Part shown: one piece after another, positions 55,717 through 64,000 of the stretch
How the letters are laid out: each line of letters opens with the position of its first letter
How positions within the stretch are numbered: the first letter of the stretch is position 1
Assembly: GCA_050012595.1 (NCBI GenBank)
Contig: JBEKGW010000028.1
Span: 5,387-69,386 of the forward strand
Source: Terriglobales bacterium
GTDB taxonomy: Bacteria > Acidobacteriota > Terriglobia > Terriglobales > Acidobacteriaceae
Direction of reading: 5' to 3'
DNA length: 64,000 nt
The notes under the pieces: generated by a model
Told to the model about the DNA's origin: nothing
What the model saw: the letters and a program-made list of their open reading frames with translations, nothing else
Database searches by the model: none
Made by a program: the position numbers and the translations under genes

Positions 55717-58341
55717 ATGGCGCTTACCTCGGGCACCAAACTCGGGCCGTACGAGATCGTATCGCCGGTAGGCGCGGGCGGCATGGGCGAGGTGTACCGC
55801 GCACGCGACACGCGGCTCGGGCGTGATGTCGCGATCAAAGTGCTGCCAGAAGGGCTGGCGAATGATGCCGACCGACTGCGGCGTTTCGAACAGGAAGCGC
55901 GCACGATTGCGGCGCTGAACCATCCGAACATCCTGGGAATCCATGACATTGGTGCGCACGACGGTGCGCCGTTTTTGGTCAGCGAATTTCTTGAAGGACA
56001 AACACTGCGGGAGAAGCTCGTATCAGGGCCGCTGCCGGTGCGGCGCGCGATCGAATACGCGCTCGGCATCGCGGAGGGACTAGCGGCGGCACACGAGAAA
56101 GGAATCGTGCACCGGGATCTGAAACCGGAGAACGTGTTTGTCACTCGTGATGGACGGGTTAAAGTGCTGGATTTCGGGCTGGCGAAGCTGGTGAGGCCGG
56201 AGGAAAGCCACGAAACTGCAGTGACGCTAACCAGCCCGGCGACTTTGCCGGGTCTGGTGATGGGTACCGTAGGCTACATGTCGCCGGAGCAGGTGCGGGG
56301 CGAACCGATCGACCCGCGATCGGACATTTTCAGTTTCGGTGCAGTGTTGTACGAGATGCTCACCGGGAAACGCGCTTTCAAACGCCAGACGTCCGCAGAA
56401 ACGATGACCGCAATTTTGCGCGAAGAGCCACAGGCGCTGAACGATACCGGCTGGCAAGGTCCGCTGGAACTGCAACGGATTCTTGCGCGATGCTTGGAAA
56501 AGAATGTCGCGCGACGATTCCAGTCGGCCAGTGATCTGGCGTTTGCCATTGAATCGCTGAGCGGAACATCGAGCCTAACATCGACCGGAACGTCGACCGC
56601 GAAAGGAGTGCCGCAGCCGAAGTCAAGGCGAGCGTGGCTCCCGTGGGTCATAGCCGCCGCACTGCTGATGGGAACTGCCGTCTGGGAAATGCTTCGGCCG
56701 GCGGCTGCACCGCCCAACCCGCTCGAAAGAGCACACTTCACGCGCGTGACCGACTTCGAGAGTGTTGAGGCCGCGATCTCGCCGGACGGCAGGTTCGTGG
56801 CTTTTGTCTCTGATCATGACGGCCCCTTCGATGTATGGCTCACCCAGGTGGGTACCGGACGTCTAATTAATCTGACACAGGGGAAGGCGGGCCCTTTACC
56901 TGGGCCTTTACGAAGTGCGGGTTTTTCCGGCGACGGCTCGGAAATTTGGGTCGGTGGCGGCGATGTGGGGCTGCGGCTGCGGCTGATGCCCCTGACGGGA
57001 GGTCCGCCGCGTAATTTCCTCGGCGAGGAGGCCGCCAACCTGGCTTGGTCACCGGACGGCGAGCGAATTGTCTATCATACCTTCAGTAATGGCGATCCTA
57101 TGTTCGTGGCCGACCGCAGTGGCGCGAATGCTCGGCGGATATTCGGAGACCAGCCGGGAATTCACAACCATTTTCCAACTTGGTCGCCCGACGGCCGTTG
57201 GATCTATTTTGTTCATGGGACTCCGTCGACGAAGGAGATGGATCTATGGCGCATAGACCCTGACGGCAGCCACGCAGAGCGCCTCACGCAACGCAATACA
57301 GATATCGCTTATCCCACGCCGGCCGGCAATCGCACCGTGTTCTATGTGGCGCACGACGGGGACGGTTCAGGACCGTGGCTGTGGGCGTTTGATCTGAAAC
57401 GGAGGGATTCGCGGCGCGTGAGCATCGGTCTCGAGCAATATACGTCCGTGCAAGCCAGCGCGGACGGCCATAAGCTGGTGGCCACCATCAGCAACCCCGT
57501 TGCGGGCCTTTGGAGTATTCCGATTCTTAATCGGCCCGCCGAAGAACACGACGTGAAACCGTTTACAGTGCCCACCGTGCGAGCGCTGGCGCCCCGTTTT
57601 GGCGGCTCGTCGTTGTTTTACTTGTCTTCCCTCGGGGCGGGCGACGGACTGTGGCGCCTTCGCGACGGACACGCGACTGAGATTTGGAAGGGCGCCGACG
57701 GTGCGCTGCTGGAGACGCCCGCTGTTTCGCCGGATGGACGTCGCGTGGCCATTGTGCTGCGGCGGAACGGGAAACGCCAACTGCACGTCCTCTCTGCAGA
57801 CGGCGCCGAACTCCAGCCCATCGTGGAGGGAATTGTTGCCCAGGGTTCGAGCTGCTGGTCGCCGGATGGCAGATGGATCGTCACTGGTGGCAGCGACGCC
57901 ACCGGTCCCGGGCTTTTCAAGATTCCGTTGGAGGGCGGATCGCCAGTTCGTTTGATCGCGGGACCGGCACTCAACCCAGTTTGGTCGCCGGATGGAAGCC
58001 TGATCGCATATGCAGGCACGAATGTGAGCACCTTCGCTCCGCTCCTTGCCGTACGCCCGGACGGAACCAGCGTCAAATTGCCTCAGATCAGCGTGCGGCG
58101 CTTGGGCGAGCGCGTGCGCTTCTTGCCTGATGGCAAGAGTCTGATCTACATGCAGGGACTGCTCGCATCACAGGACTTCTGGCTACTCGATCTCGCCTCC
58201 ATGAAGTCGCGCCCCCTCACCAGGCTGCAAAACCGTGCCGCCATGCGCACCTTCGACGTCACAAGCGACGGGAAACAAATCGTCTTCGACCGCCTACGCG
58301 AGAACTCGCAGGTCGTCATGATCGATCTTCCCAAGGAATAG
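55717..58341 (+). CDS. Ser/Thr protein kinase with TM segment and TolB-like beta-propeller repeats
   Basis: GAGGMGEVY...AIK, HRDLKPEN, DFGLAK, GTVGYMSPE. The C-terminal part has repeated SPDGR/SPDGS blades. ATG 55717 is preferred over TTG 55705. Confidence 0.9.
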   Translation: MALTSGTKLGPYEIVSPVGAGGMGEVYRARDTRLGRDVAIKVLPEGLANDADRLRRFEQEARTIAALNHPNILGIHDIGAHDGAPFLVSEFLEGQTLREKLVSGPLPVRRAIEYALGIAEGLAAAHEKGIVHRDLKPENVFVTRDGRVKVLDFGLAKLVRPEESHETAVTLTSPATLPGLVMGTVGYMSPEQVRGEPIDPRSDIFSFGAVLYEMLTGKRAFKRQTSAETMTAILREEPQALNDTGWQGPLELQRILARCLEKNVARRFQSASDLAFAIESLSGTSSLTSTGTSTAKGVPQPKSRRAWLPWVIAAALLMGTAVWEMLRPAAAPPNPLERAHFTRVTDFESVEAAISPDGRFVAFVSDHDGPFDVWLTQVGTGRLINLTQGKAGPLPGPLRSAGFSGDGSEIWVGGGDVGLRLRLMPLTGGPPRNFLGEEAANLAWSPDGERIVYHTFSNGDPMFVADRSGANARRIFGDQPGIHNHFPTWSPDGRWIYFVHGTPSTKEMDLWRIDPDGSHAERLTQRNTDIAYPTPAGNRTVFYVAHDGDGSGPWLWAFDLKRRDSRRVSIGLEQYTSVQASADGHKLVATISNPVAGLWSIPILNRPAEEHDVKPFTVPTVRALAPRFGGSSLFYLSSLGAGDGLWRLRDGHATEIWKGADGALLETPAVSPDGRRVAIVLRRNGKRQLHVLSADGAELQPIVEGIVAQGSSCWSPDGRWIVTGGSDATGPGLFKIPLEGGSPVRLIAGPALNPVWSPDGSLIAYAGTNVSTFAPLLAVRPDGTSVKLPQISVRRLGERVRFLPDGKSLIYMQGLLASQDFWLLDLASMKSRPLTRLQNRAAMRTFDVTSDGKQIVFDRLRENSQVVMIDLPKE

Positions 58342-58544
58342 CCTTAATCCAACAACAAGCAGTTCGCAGTTCCTGACCACTCGATTTGGAGTGATCAGCT
58401 CGTGGCGCCCCGAGAAGCGTGAGGTCTCTTGAAACGCCCGAGTTACGTGCAAACCGGAAACCAGGCCGCTGGATAGCTTCGCAACTAACCTTGCTGACTA
58501 CTGCTGTCACGAAGTCCGATGAAAGACGAGCGTGTCATCTCCAG

Positions 58545-58574
58545 AAAAAAGGCGTCCGTTATTGGACGCCTTTT
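58545..58574 (-). terminator. Rho-independent terminator of the ribosomal/rpoA/rplQ operon (bidirectional shape)
   Basis: AAAAAA-ggcgtcc-gttatt-ggacgcc-TTTT, 21 nt after the rplQ stop. Confidence 0.8.
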
Positions 58575-58594
58575 GCTCTCAGAGACTGCGGCAG

Positions 58595-59116
58595 TTACTC
58601 TTTCTTGTCGCTGCCCTCAGTCTTACCCTCAGCCTCATTCGCAGCGATATCTTTCTGCACTTGCGCTTCGGCGTCGGCGTGTTCCATTGCCTTGCGATTC
58701 TCCTCGACGCGCTTGGCGCGGATTTCGGCGCGCTTCTGGCGCTTCTCATCGAGCACCTGCTCGCTGCCCAGCAGTTCGATGAACGCCTTTTCGGCGCCGT
58801 CGCCCTTCCGCCAGGCGGTGCGCACGATCCGCAGATACCCCCCCTTGCGGTCTCCAAAGCGCGGAGCCACGGTATCGAAAAGTTTGCGGACCGCTTCGTC
58901 CGTCATCAAATAGGACGCCGCCTGACGGCGCGCCGCCAGATCGCCCTTCTTTCCGAGTGTAATCATCTTCTCGACCTGCGGACGCACCGCCTTCGCCTTG
59001 ATCACGGTCGTCTCAATACGCTCTTCCATGATGATCGAAGTAACCATGTTCCGCAGCATGGCGCGCCGGTGAGAAGTGGTCCGTCCTAACTTGTATCCCG
59101 CAACTTTGTGACGCAT
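58595..59116 (-). CDS. rplQ: 50S ribosomal protein L17 with K/E-rich C-terminal extension
   Basis: [29 protein letters not shown]... The start was moved to ATG 59116. Confidence 0.95.
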   Translation of the reverse strand: MRHKVAGYKLGRTTSHRRAMLRNMVTSIIMEERIETTVIKAKAVRPQVEKMITLGKKGDLAARRQAASYLMTDEAVRKLFDTVAPRFGDRKGGYLRIVRTAWRKGDGAEKAFIELLGSEQVLDEKRQKRAEIRAKRVEENRKAMEHADAEAQVQKDIAANEAEGKTEGSDKKE

Positions 59117-59180
59117 GGATCCCTCTTGTTTCGGTGGAGCGACGGGCACCCTCGCCCGTCACCCCATCAAATCGTCAGTT

Positions 59181-60212
59181 CTACAGATCGTTGTCGCCGT
59201 ACGCCGAAGCGGGCAGCACCTGGTTCGAAGTTGGTCCGGGCACGGCGTTTCCGTGCTCGTCGATCTTCATACCCAGGCTCAGACCCATCGAGTTGAGGAT
59301 CTCCTTGATCTCGTTCAGCGACTTCCGGCCAAAATTTTTCGTCTTCAGCATCTCGGCTTCGGTCTTCTGCACCAGTTCGCCGATCGACTGAATGTTGGCA
59401 TTCTTCAGGCAGTTATAGCTGCGCACCGAGAGTTCGAGTTCCTCGACCGAACGGTTCAGGTTCTCGTTCTTGATCTCCGGCCTGCGCTCTTCGCTCGCCG
59501 TCGCCGTCTCGATCTCCTCTTCGAAATTGATGAAGATATTCATGTGATCTTTGATCAGCTTCGCCGAGAGTCCAAGCGCATCGCCGGGCGTGATCGAACC
59601 GTTCGTCCAGACCTCGACCGTCAGCTTGTCGTAATCGGTGATCTGCCCCAAACGCGCCGCTTCGACAGTGTAGTTGCACTTGCGCACCGGCGTGTGCACG
59701 GAATCGATCGGAATGAATCCGATGCCCAGATCATCCTCGAAATTCTTGTCCGCCGAAACGTAACCGCGGCCGCGTTTCAGGCGCATTTCCATTTCGAGCT
59801 TGCCGCCCTCGCTCACCGTCGCGATGTAGATTTCCTTGTCGAGTATTTCCACGTCGCCGTCGGCGTCGATCATGCCGCTGGTCACCACGCCTGGCTGATC
59901 GGCGCGCAGATAAATCGCCTTCGGACCGTCTCCCGCCAGTTTAAACGGGACCTGCTTCATGTTGAGGATGATGTCGGTCGCATCCTCGACCACACCCGGA
60001 ATCGACTGGAACTCATGCAGCACGCCTTCGATTTTCACCGCGGTGACGGCCGCGCCTTCGATCGAACTCAGCATCACGCGCCGCAGCGCGTTGCCGATGG
60101 TGGTGCCAAATCCGCGCTCAAACGGCTGCGCCCAGAACATCCCGTATTTGTCAGTGAGCGAACTGGTATCGCTTGCCAGCCGCTTCGGTTTTTGAAAACC
60201 TCTCCACAGCAT
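59181..60212 (-). CDS. rpoA: DNA-directed RNA polymerase alpha subunit
   Basis: ..[39 protein letters not shown].. and the C-terminal domain ..[23 protein letters not shown]... Confidence 0.95.
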   Translation of the reverse strand: MLWRGFQKPKRLASDTSSLTDKYGMFWAQPFERGFGTTIGNALRRVMLSSIEGAAVTAVKIEGVLHEFQSIPGVVEDATDIILNMKQVPFKLAGDGPKAIYLRADQPGVVTSGMIDADGDVEILDKEIYIATVSEGGKLEMEMRLKRGRGYVSADKNFEDDLGIGFIPIDSVHTPVRKCNYTVEAARLGQITDYDKLTVEVWTNGSITPGDALGLSAKLIKDHMNIFINFEEEIETATASEERRPEIKNENLNRSVEELELSVRSYNCLKNANIQSIGELVQKTEAEMLKTKNFGRKSLNEIKEILNSMGLSLGMKIDEHGNAVPGPTSNQVLPASAYGDNDL

Positions 60213-60320
60213 TATGTGTTTCTCCTCTCGGCCACGTGGCTCGATCCTGCTCGCTGAGCGGCCCGGCTCAGGTCACAGCAGGAAAGGCTGATCTGGCACG
60301 AAAAAGTGGGCCTAAAATCA

Positions 60321-60950
60321 CTACTTGCTATACAACTCGACAATCAGCTGCTCGTTCACCGGCAACTGGATGTCTTCGCGTTTCGGCAGCGCAATCACGC
60401 GTCCCTTGTGGTTCTCGCGATCGATCTCCAACCACACCGGCGCCGGCTGATGGCTGGCAAAATCCTTTGCGGTTTCGAGAATCGGCAGCTTGCGGCTGCT
60501 CTCGCGAATCGCGACCTCTTCTCCCACGTTGACCTCGTACGAAGGAATGTTTACTTTCTTGCCATTCACCTGTACATGTCCGTGACGCACCAACTGGCGC
60601 GCCTGGCGGCGAGAAATGCCGAAGCCCAGCCGGTAGACGACGTTGTCGAGACGGCGCTCGAGTTGCTCCAGCAGTTTCGCGCCCGTCACACCCTTGAACC
60701 GGACCGCGTTCTCGAAGTAATTCCGGAACTGCCGTTCCTGGGTGAAGTAAATGCGTTTGGCTTTCTGTTTTTCGCGCAACTGCAGACCGTAGCCTACAAC
60801 CTTGGTCTTCTTGTCTTTCCCGTGTTGTCCGGGAGCGAAGTTGCGTTTCTCAATGGGACATTTGTCGCTGAAGCACTTGGTGCCTTTGAGGAAGAGCTTG
60901 ATGCCTTCCCGGCGACAAAGACGACACACTGCATCGGTATAACGTGCCAA
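60321..60950 (-). CDS. rpsD: 30S ribosomal protein S4
   Basis: [26 protein letters not shown]... Confidence 0.95.
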   Translation of the reverse strand: MARYTDAVCRLCRREGIKLFLKGTKCFSDKCPIEKRNFAPGQHGKDKKTKVVGYGLQLREKQKAKRIYFTQERQFRNYFENAVRFKGVTGAKLLEQLERRLDNVVYRLGFGISRRQARQLVRHGHVQVNGKKVNIPSYEVNVGEEVAIRESSRKLPILETAKDFASHQPAPVWLEIDRENHKGRVIALPKREDIQLPVNEQLIVELYSK

Positions 60951-61010
60951 GTTGTTCTCCTTTGTTAGATGACCGGTTTACAGGTTTGGCTTCACCCTTC
61001 ATCCCGGACG

Positions 61011-61103
61011 AAAATCAGTCATCAGTCGTCAGTTATCAGTCGTCAGTCGAACCCGTCGGTTCGGTGGTGTTACTGAAAACTGATAACTGACAACTGAGAG
61101 CTG
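61011..61103. repeat. Compound hairpin built from CAGT(T/C)-periodic arms, in the rpsK-rpsD spacer
   Basis: Arms 61016-61047 and 61072-61103 pair over about 32 positions (27 Watson-Crick/G-U pairs, 5 mismatches). The inner perfect hairpin is cgaacc-cgtc-ggttcg (61048-61063). Confidence 0.7.
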
Positions 61104-61106
61104 CCT

Positions 61107-61550
61107 TTACACTCTGCGCCGTTTCGGCGGCCGACACCCGTTGTGCGGAATCGGCGTCGTGTCCTTAATGGACCGCACTTCGATTCCCGCCGAGGCCAGC
61201 GCGCGTACCGCCGACTCCCGCCCCGATCCCGGACCGCTCACCCGCACATCCACCGTGCGCACGCCGTGATCGCGCGCCATGCTGGCGGCGTTTGCCGCGG
61301 CCTGCTGCGCCGCAAACGGAGTTCCTTTGCGCGACCCGCGAAAACCCAGCGAGCCCGAACTCTTCCACGCCAGCACATTGCCGGTCATATCCGAGATGGT
61401 CACGATAGTGTTATTGAAAGAGGCCTGCACGTGCACCAGTCCGTGCGGAACGTGCTTGCGCTCCTTCTTTTTGAACTGCTTCTTCTTGCCTTTTTTCTCG
61501 GGCGCCGCGGCGCCGCCTGCTGCTGTCGCTGCTGCTGCTGGTTTTGCCAT
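61107..61550 (-). CDS. rpsK: 30S ribosomal protein S11 with Ala/Lys-rich N-terminal extension
   Basis: ..[41 protein letters not shown]... Confidence 0.95.
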   Translation of the reverse strand: MAKPAAAATAAGGAAAPEKKGKKKQFKKKERKHVPHGLVHVQASFNNTIVTISDMTGNVLAWKSSGSLGFRGSRKGTPFAAQQAAANAASMARDHGVRTVDVRVSGPGSGRESAVRALASAGIEVRSIKDTTPIPHNGCRPPKRRRV

Positions 61551-61557
61551 GTGTTTA

Positions 61558-61640
61558 GAGCTCTCAGTTCTCAGTTTTCAGTTTTCAGTAAAACCGTTCT
61601 CCGCTTCAACCGAGAACTGATCACTGACAACTGACAACCG
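61558..61640. repeat. Second CAGT-periodic compound hairpin, in the rpsM-rpsK spacer
   Basis: Arms 61572-61589 and 61623-61640 pair with a few mismatches. The inner stem is gttctc (61596-61601) with gagaac (61612-61617). The left arm is nearly the reverse complement of the right arm of the 61011-61103 element. Confidence 0.7.
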
Positions 61641-61643
61641 GTC

Positions 61644-62027
61644 TTAAACTTTAGCCGTCTTCTTCTTCTGCGCGACCGTGCCTTTGCGCGGACCTTTGCG
61701 GGTACGAGCGTTGGTGTGCGTGCGCTGCCCGCGAACCGGCAGATTCCGGCGGTGACGGAATCCGCGATAGGACCCGATTTCGATGAGCCGCTTGATGTTC
61801 ATCGAAACGTCTTTGCGCAGATCGCCTTCCACCGCGCCTTCCGCTTCGATGACCTGGCGAATGCGGTTGACCTCATCTTCCCCGAGGTCCTGCACTTTTT
61901 TCATCGGGTCCACTTTCGCCGCGTCCAGAATGCGTGCCGCGCGTGAATTCCCGATACCGTAGATGTAAGTGAGCGCGATATTCGCGTGTTTGTTACGCGG
62001 AAGATCGACGCCTGCAATACGAGCCAT
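61644..62027 (-). CDS. rpsM: 30S ribosomal protein S13
   Basis: [26 protein letters not shown]... Confidence 0.95.
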   Translation of the reverse strand: MARIAGVDLPRNKHANIALTYIYGIGNSRAARILDAAKVDPMKKVQDLGEDEVNRIRQVIEAEGAVEGDLRKDVSMNIKRLIEIGSYRGFRHRRNLPVRGQRTHTNARTRKGPRKGTVAQKKKTAKV

Positions 62028-62073
62028 AGATTTCCTGATCCTTCCCGCTAGCTTCCGGCTGCTACGAGCCTCT

Positions 62074-62187
62074 TCATCCTTGACGCTGCTTGTGTTTCGA
62101 GTTCTCGCAGATCACCCGCACTACTCCCTTGCGGTGGATGACCTTGCACTTATCGCAAATCTTCTTAACTGATGCCCTTACCTTCAT
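62074..62187 (-). CDS. rpmJ: 50S ribosomal protein L36
   Basis: Hand translation gives [37 protein letters not shown] (37 aa), below the ORF-track cutoff. Confidence 0.9.
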   Translation of the reverse strand: MKVRASVKKICDKCKVIHRKGVVRVICENSKHKQRQG

Positions 62188-62289
62188 AAGTCCTCACGTA
62201 GGGACGGCCGCCCTCGTCGGGGCCCCCGGACCGCGTGCTTTTTGCGGGCCGGGGTGGTTCAGCCGTCCAGCTGAGCGAAGCTCAGCAGA

Positions 62290-62508
62290 TTACTTGTAGC
62301 GGTACACAATCCGACCGCGATTCAGGTCGTATGGAGAAAGTTCGACCGCGACTTTGTCTCCCGGTAGTATTCGTATAAAGTTCTTCCGCATCTTGCCGGA
62401 AACGTGCGCCAGTACCTGGTGTTTGTTTTCGAGCTCCACCTTGAACATGGCATTGGGCAGCGGTTCGACCACCGTTGCCATCACTTCAATCGCGTCTTCT
62501 TTACTCAT
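62290..62508 (-). CDS. infA: Translation initiation factor IF-1
   Basis: [53 protein letters not shown]... Confidence 0.95.
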   Translation of the reverse strand: MSKEDAIEVMATVVEPLPNAMFKVELENKHQVLAHVSGKMRKNFIRILPGDKVAVELSPYDLNRGRIVYRYK

Positions 62509-62533
62509 CGACTCCTTAGGAAGCTTTCAGCTG

Positions 62534-62562
62534 TTAGCTCTTGGCCTTCAGCCAAGAGCTAA
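62534..62562. other. Perfect 12-bp hairpin in the map-infA spacer
   Basis: ttagctcttggc-cttca-gccaagagctaa. Confidence 0.6.
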
Positions 62563-62574
62563 TAGCTAATGGCC

Positions 62575-63342
62575 TTACTGGGTCAAAATCACCGGCCCTT
62601 TTCGAGTTACCGCCACGCAATGCTCAAAGTGCGCGCTGTAACTGCCGTCGAGCGTTACGGCCGTCCACTTGTCACTCAAAACCTTGGTCTCGGGACGCCC
62701 CGAATTCACCATCGGCTCAATCGCCAACACCATGCCTTCGGTCAACTCCGCTCCCTGACCCTTCTTGCCAAAGTTCGGAATCTGCGGCGCTTCATGCAGC
62801 TTTGTCCCGATGCCGTGACCGACAAATTCCCGTACCACGCTGAACCCGTTCGCTTCCACCAGTTTCTGGATCGCCGATCCGACATGTCCTACCGTGTTGC
62901 CGATCTTCACTTGCTCGATGCCCTTGTACAGCGAAGCCTCGGTCACCTCGAGCAGCTTCTTCAACTCCGCGGTCAGTTCCTCGCCCACCGGCACCGTGAT
63001 GGCCGCGTCTCCGTAATACCCGTCGTATACCACGCCGCAGTCTATGGAAACGATGTCTCCCGTTTTCAGCACCCGCTTTTCCGACGGGATCCCGTGCACG
63101 ATCTCTTCATTGATCGAAGTGCACAGCACACAGGGATAGCCGTAATATCCCTTGAACGCCGGCGTGGCCCCGAGTTCCGCGATCAGTGTCTCTGCAGCCT
63201 TCTCTAGGTCCATCGTCGTAACGCCCGGCGCCACCGCAGCTTTCAGGTGGTTCAGGACTTGGCGGACAATCTTCCCGCTCCGCCTCATCTTTTCGATCTC
63301 TTCCGGCGACTTGCGAATGATCCGGCCTTCTTCCGAACTCAT
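62575..63342 (-). CDS. map: Type I methionine aminopeptidase
   Basis: 255 aa with ..GYYGYPCVLCTSINEEIVHGIP..DIVSIDCGVVYDGYYGDAA..HGIGTKLHE..EPM... Confidence 0.95.
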   Translation of the reverse strand: MSSEEGRIIRKSPEEIEKMRRSGKIVRQVLNHLKAAVAPGVTTMDLEKAAETLIAELGATPAFKGYYGYPCVLCTSINEEIVHGIPSEKRVLKTGDIVSIDCGVVYDGYYGDAAITVPVGEELTAELKKLLEVTEASLYKGIEQVKIGNTVGHVGSAIQKLVEANGFSVVREFVGHGIGTKLHEAPQIPNFGKKGQGAELTEGMVLAIEPMVNSGRPETKVLSDKWTAVTLDGSYSAHFEHCVAVTRKGPVILTQ

Positions 63343-63351
63343 AATTGATTC

Positions 63352-64000
63352 TTAACATCCGTCCATGCAATGACTGTCAATCACGCTGAAAATCTGCGCC
63401 GCAACCTCTTCCATCGGCCGATCCGCATTGATCGCCACCAGCCGCCCTTGCGCGCGGTAGTAATCCGTTACCCGCTTGGTCTGCGAGTCATAGGTGGCCA
63501 ATCGTTCCAAAATGACTTCTTCGCGATCATCGTTGCGGATCACCAGCTTGGATTCATCCACATCACACAACTCGTCGACGAGAGGTGGCTGAAAATGGAT
63601 GTTATAGATCCGTCCACAGGTGGGACACGAACGACGCCCGGTAAGCCGTAGCAGTAATTGAGTATAGTCCACGAGCAACTGGATCACAACCGGCGGCGGA
63701 CACTTTTCCGATTTTTCAAAGACCTCTTTTTCCAGGAATGCGTCGAGCCATCCTGCCTGGGCGGCTGTCCTTGGAAAGCCGTCCAGCACATATCCGTGTT
63801 GACAATCGGCTTCCCGCAGCCGGCTGGCCACGATGCCGTACAGCAACTCGTCGGGAACCAGGTCGCCTCGCGCCATGATCGCCTTGGCTTCAAGGCCGAG
63901 TTTGGTGCCGCGCCCCACGTGATCCCGTAAAAGATCACCGGTCGATATCTGTGGGACACCGTAACGGTCGACAATCTGTTTGGACTGTGTGCCCTTCCCG
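63352..64000 (-). CDS. adk: Adenylate kinase (5' end beyond the right window edge)
   Basis: The frame stays open to position 64000: ..GKGTQSKQIVDRYGVPQISTGDLLRDHVGRGTKLG..YVLDGFPRT.. It has a zinc-lid CPTCGRIY. The ORF-track M at 63918 is an internal GTG. Confidence 0.9.
   Translation of the reverse strand, partial: GKGTQSKQIVDRYGVPQISTGDLLRDHVGRGTKLGLEAKAIMARGDLVPDELLYGIVASRLREADCQHGYVLDGFPRTAAQAGWLDAFLEKEVFEKSEKCPPPVVIQLLVDYTQLLLRLTGRRSCPTCGRIYNIHFQPPLVDELCDVDESKLVIRNDDREEVILERLATYDSQTKRVTDYYRAQGRLVAINADRPMEEVAAQIFSVIDSHCMDGC

Noticed and set aside
59115-60257. 380-aa plus-strand ORF
   Set aside because: Antisense to rpoA and the rplQ start. Composition is spurious-looking.

Overview
GC-rich bacterial chromosomal segment. 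The gene content looks like Acidobacteriota: two CarboxypepD_reg-type TonB receptors, a GAF-GAF sigma-54 activator, a TolB-propeller Ser/Thr kinase and several secreted propeller/Ig-like proteins. This taxonomic call is inference only. There are three zones. (i) 1-11.3 kb holds a LacI-linked sugar or amino-sugar uptake and catabolism locus, an APC permease and an aldo/keto reductase. (ii) 11.4-37.8 kb is a mosaic accessory zone. It contains an HNH endonuclease plus a truncated paralog 7.4 kb away, a RES-Xre toxin-antitoxin pair, rpoD with an omega-like small gene, an output-less PAS-GAF sensor, and an ECF-like sigma with a ZAS-like HxxxCxxC protein. It also contains an unannotated 45-codon secreted Cys-peptide gene heading a membrane-protein operon, an XRE-S24 repressor, a secreted 649-aa protein and a GAF-GAF sigma-54 activator. 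This is followed by about 0.9 kb of decayed gene fragments and an ICE/IME-like remnant that abuts tRNA-Val(GAC). The remnant carries a frameshifted small gene, DUF932, an AbiEii-like nucleotidyltransferase with a non-canonical partner, a probably 5'-truncated helicase and a tyrosine integrase. (iii) 37.9-64 kb is core-like: a lactate-permease-family transporter, a second TonB receptor, envelope and glycosyltransferase genes, an MFS transporter, guaB, a Ser/Thr kinase and the distal ribosomal cluster (adk-map-infA-rpmJ-rpsM-rpsK-rpsD-rpoA-rplQ, minus strand). No CRISPR array, rRNA, transposase or reverse transcriptase was seen. The most unusual items are the small-peptide/membrane operon with an in-frame TGA extension, the toxin-first AbiEii-like pair, the integrase/helicase back-to-back starts without a detectable second att site, TCAGT-periodic compound hairpins in ribosomal spacers, and a short dispersed repeat embedded in frame in the MFS gene. 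All family calls come from reading the translations by eye; no database search was run.
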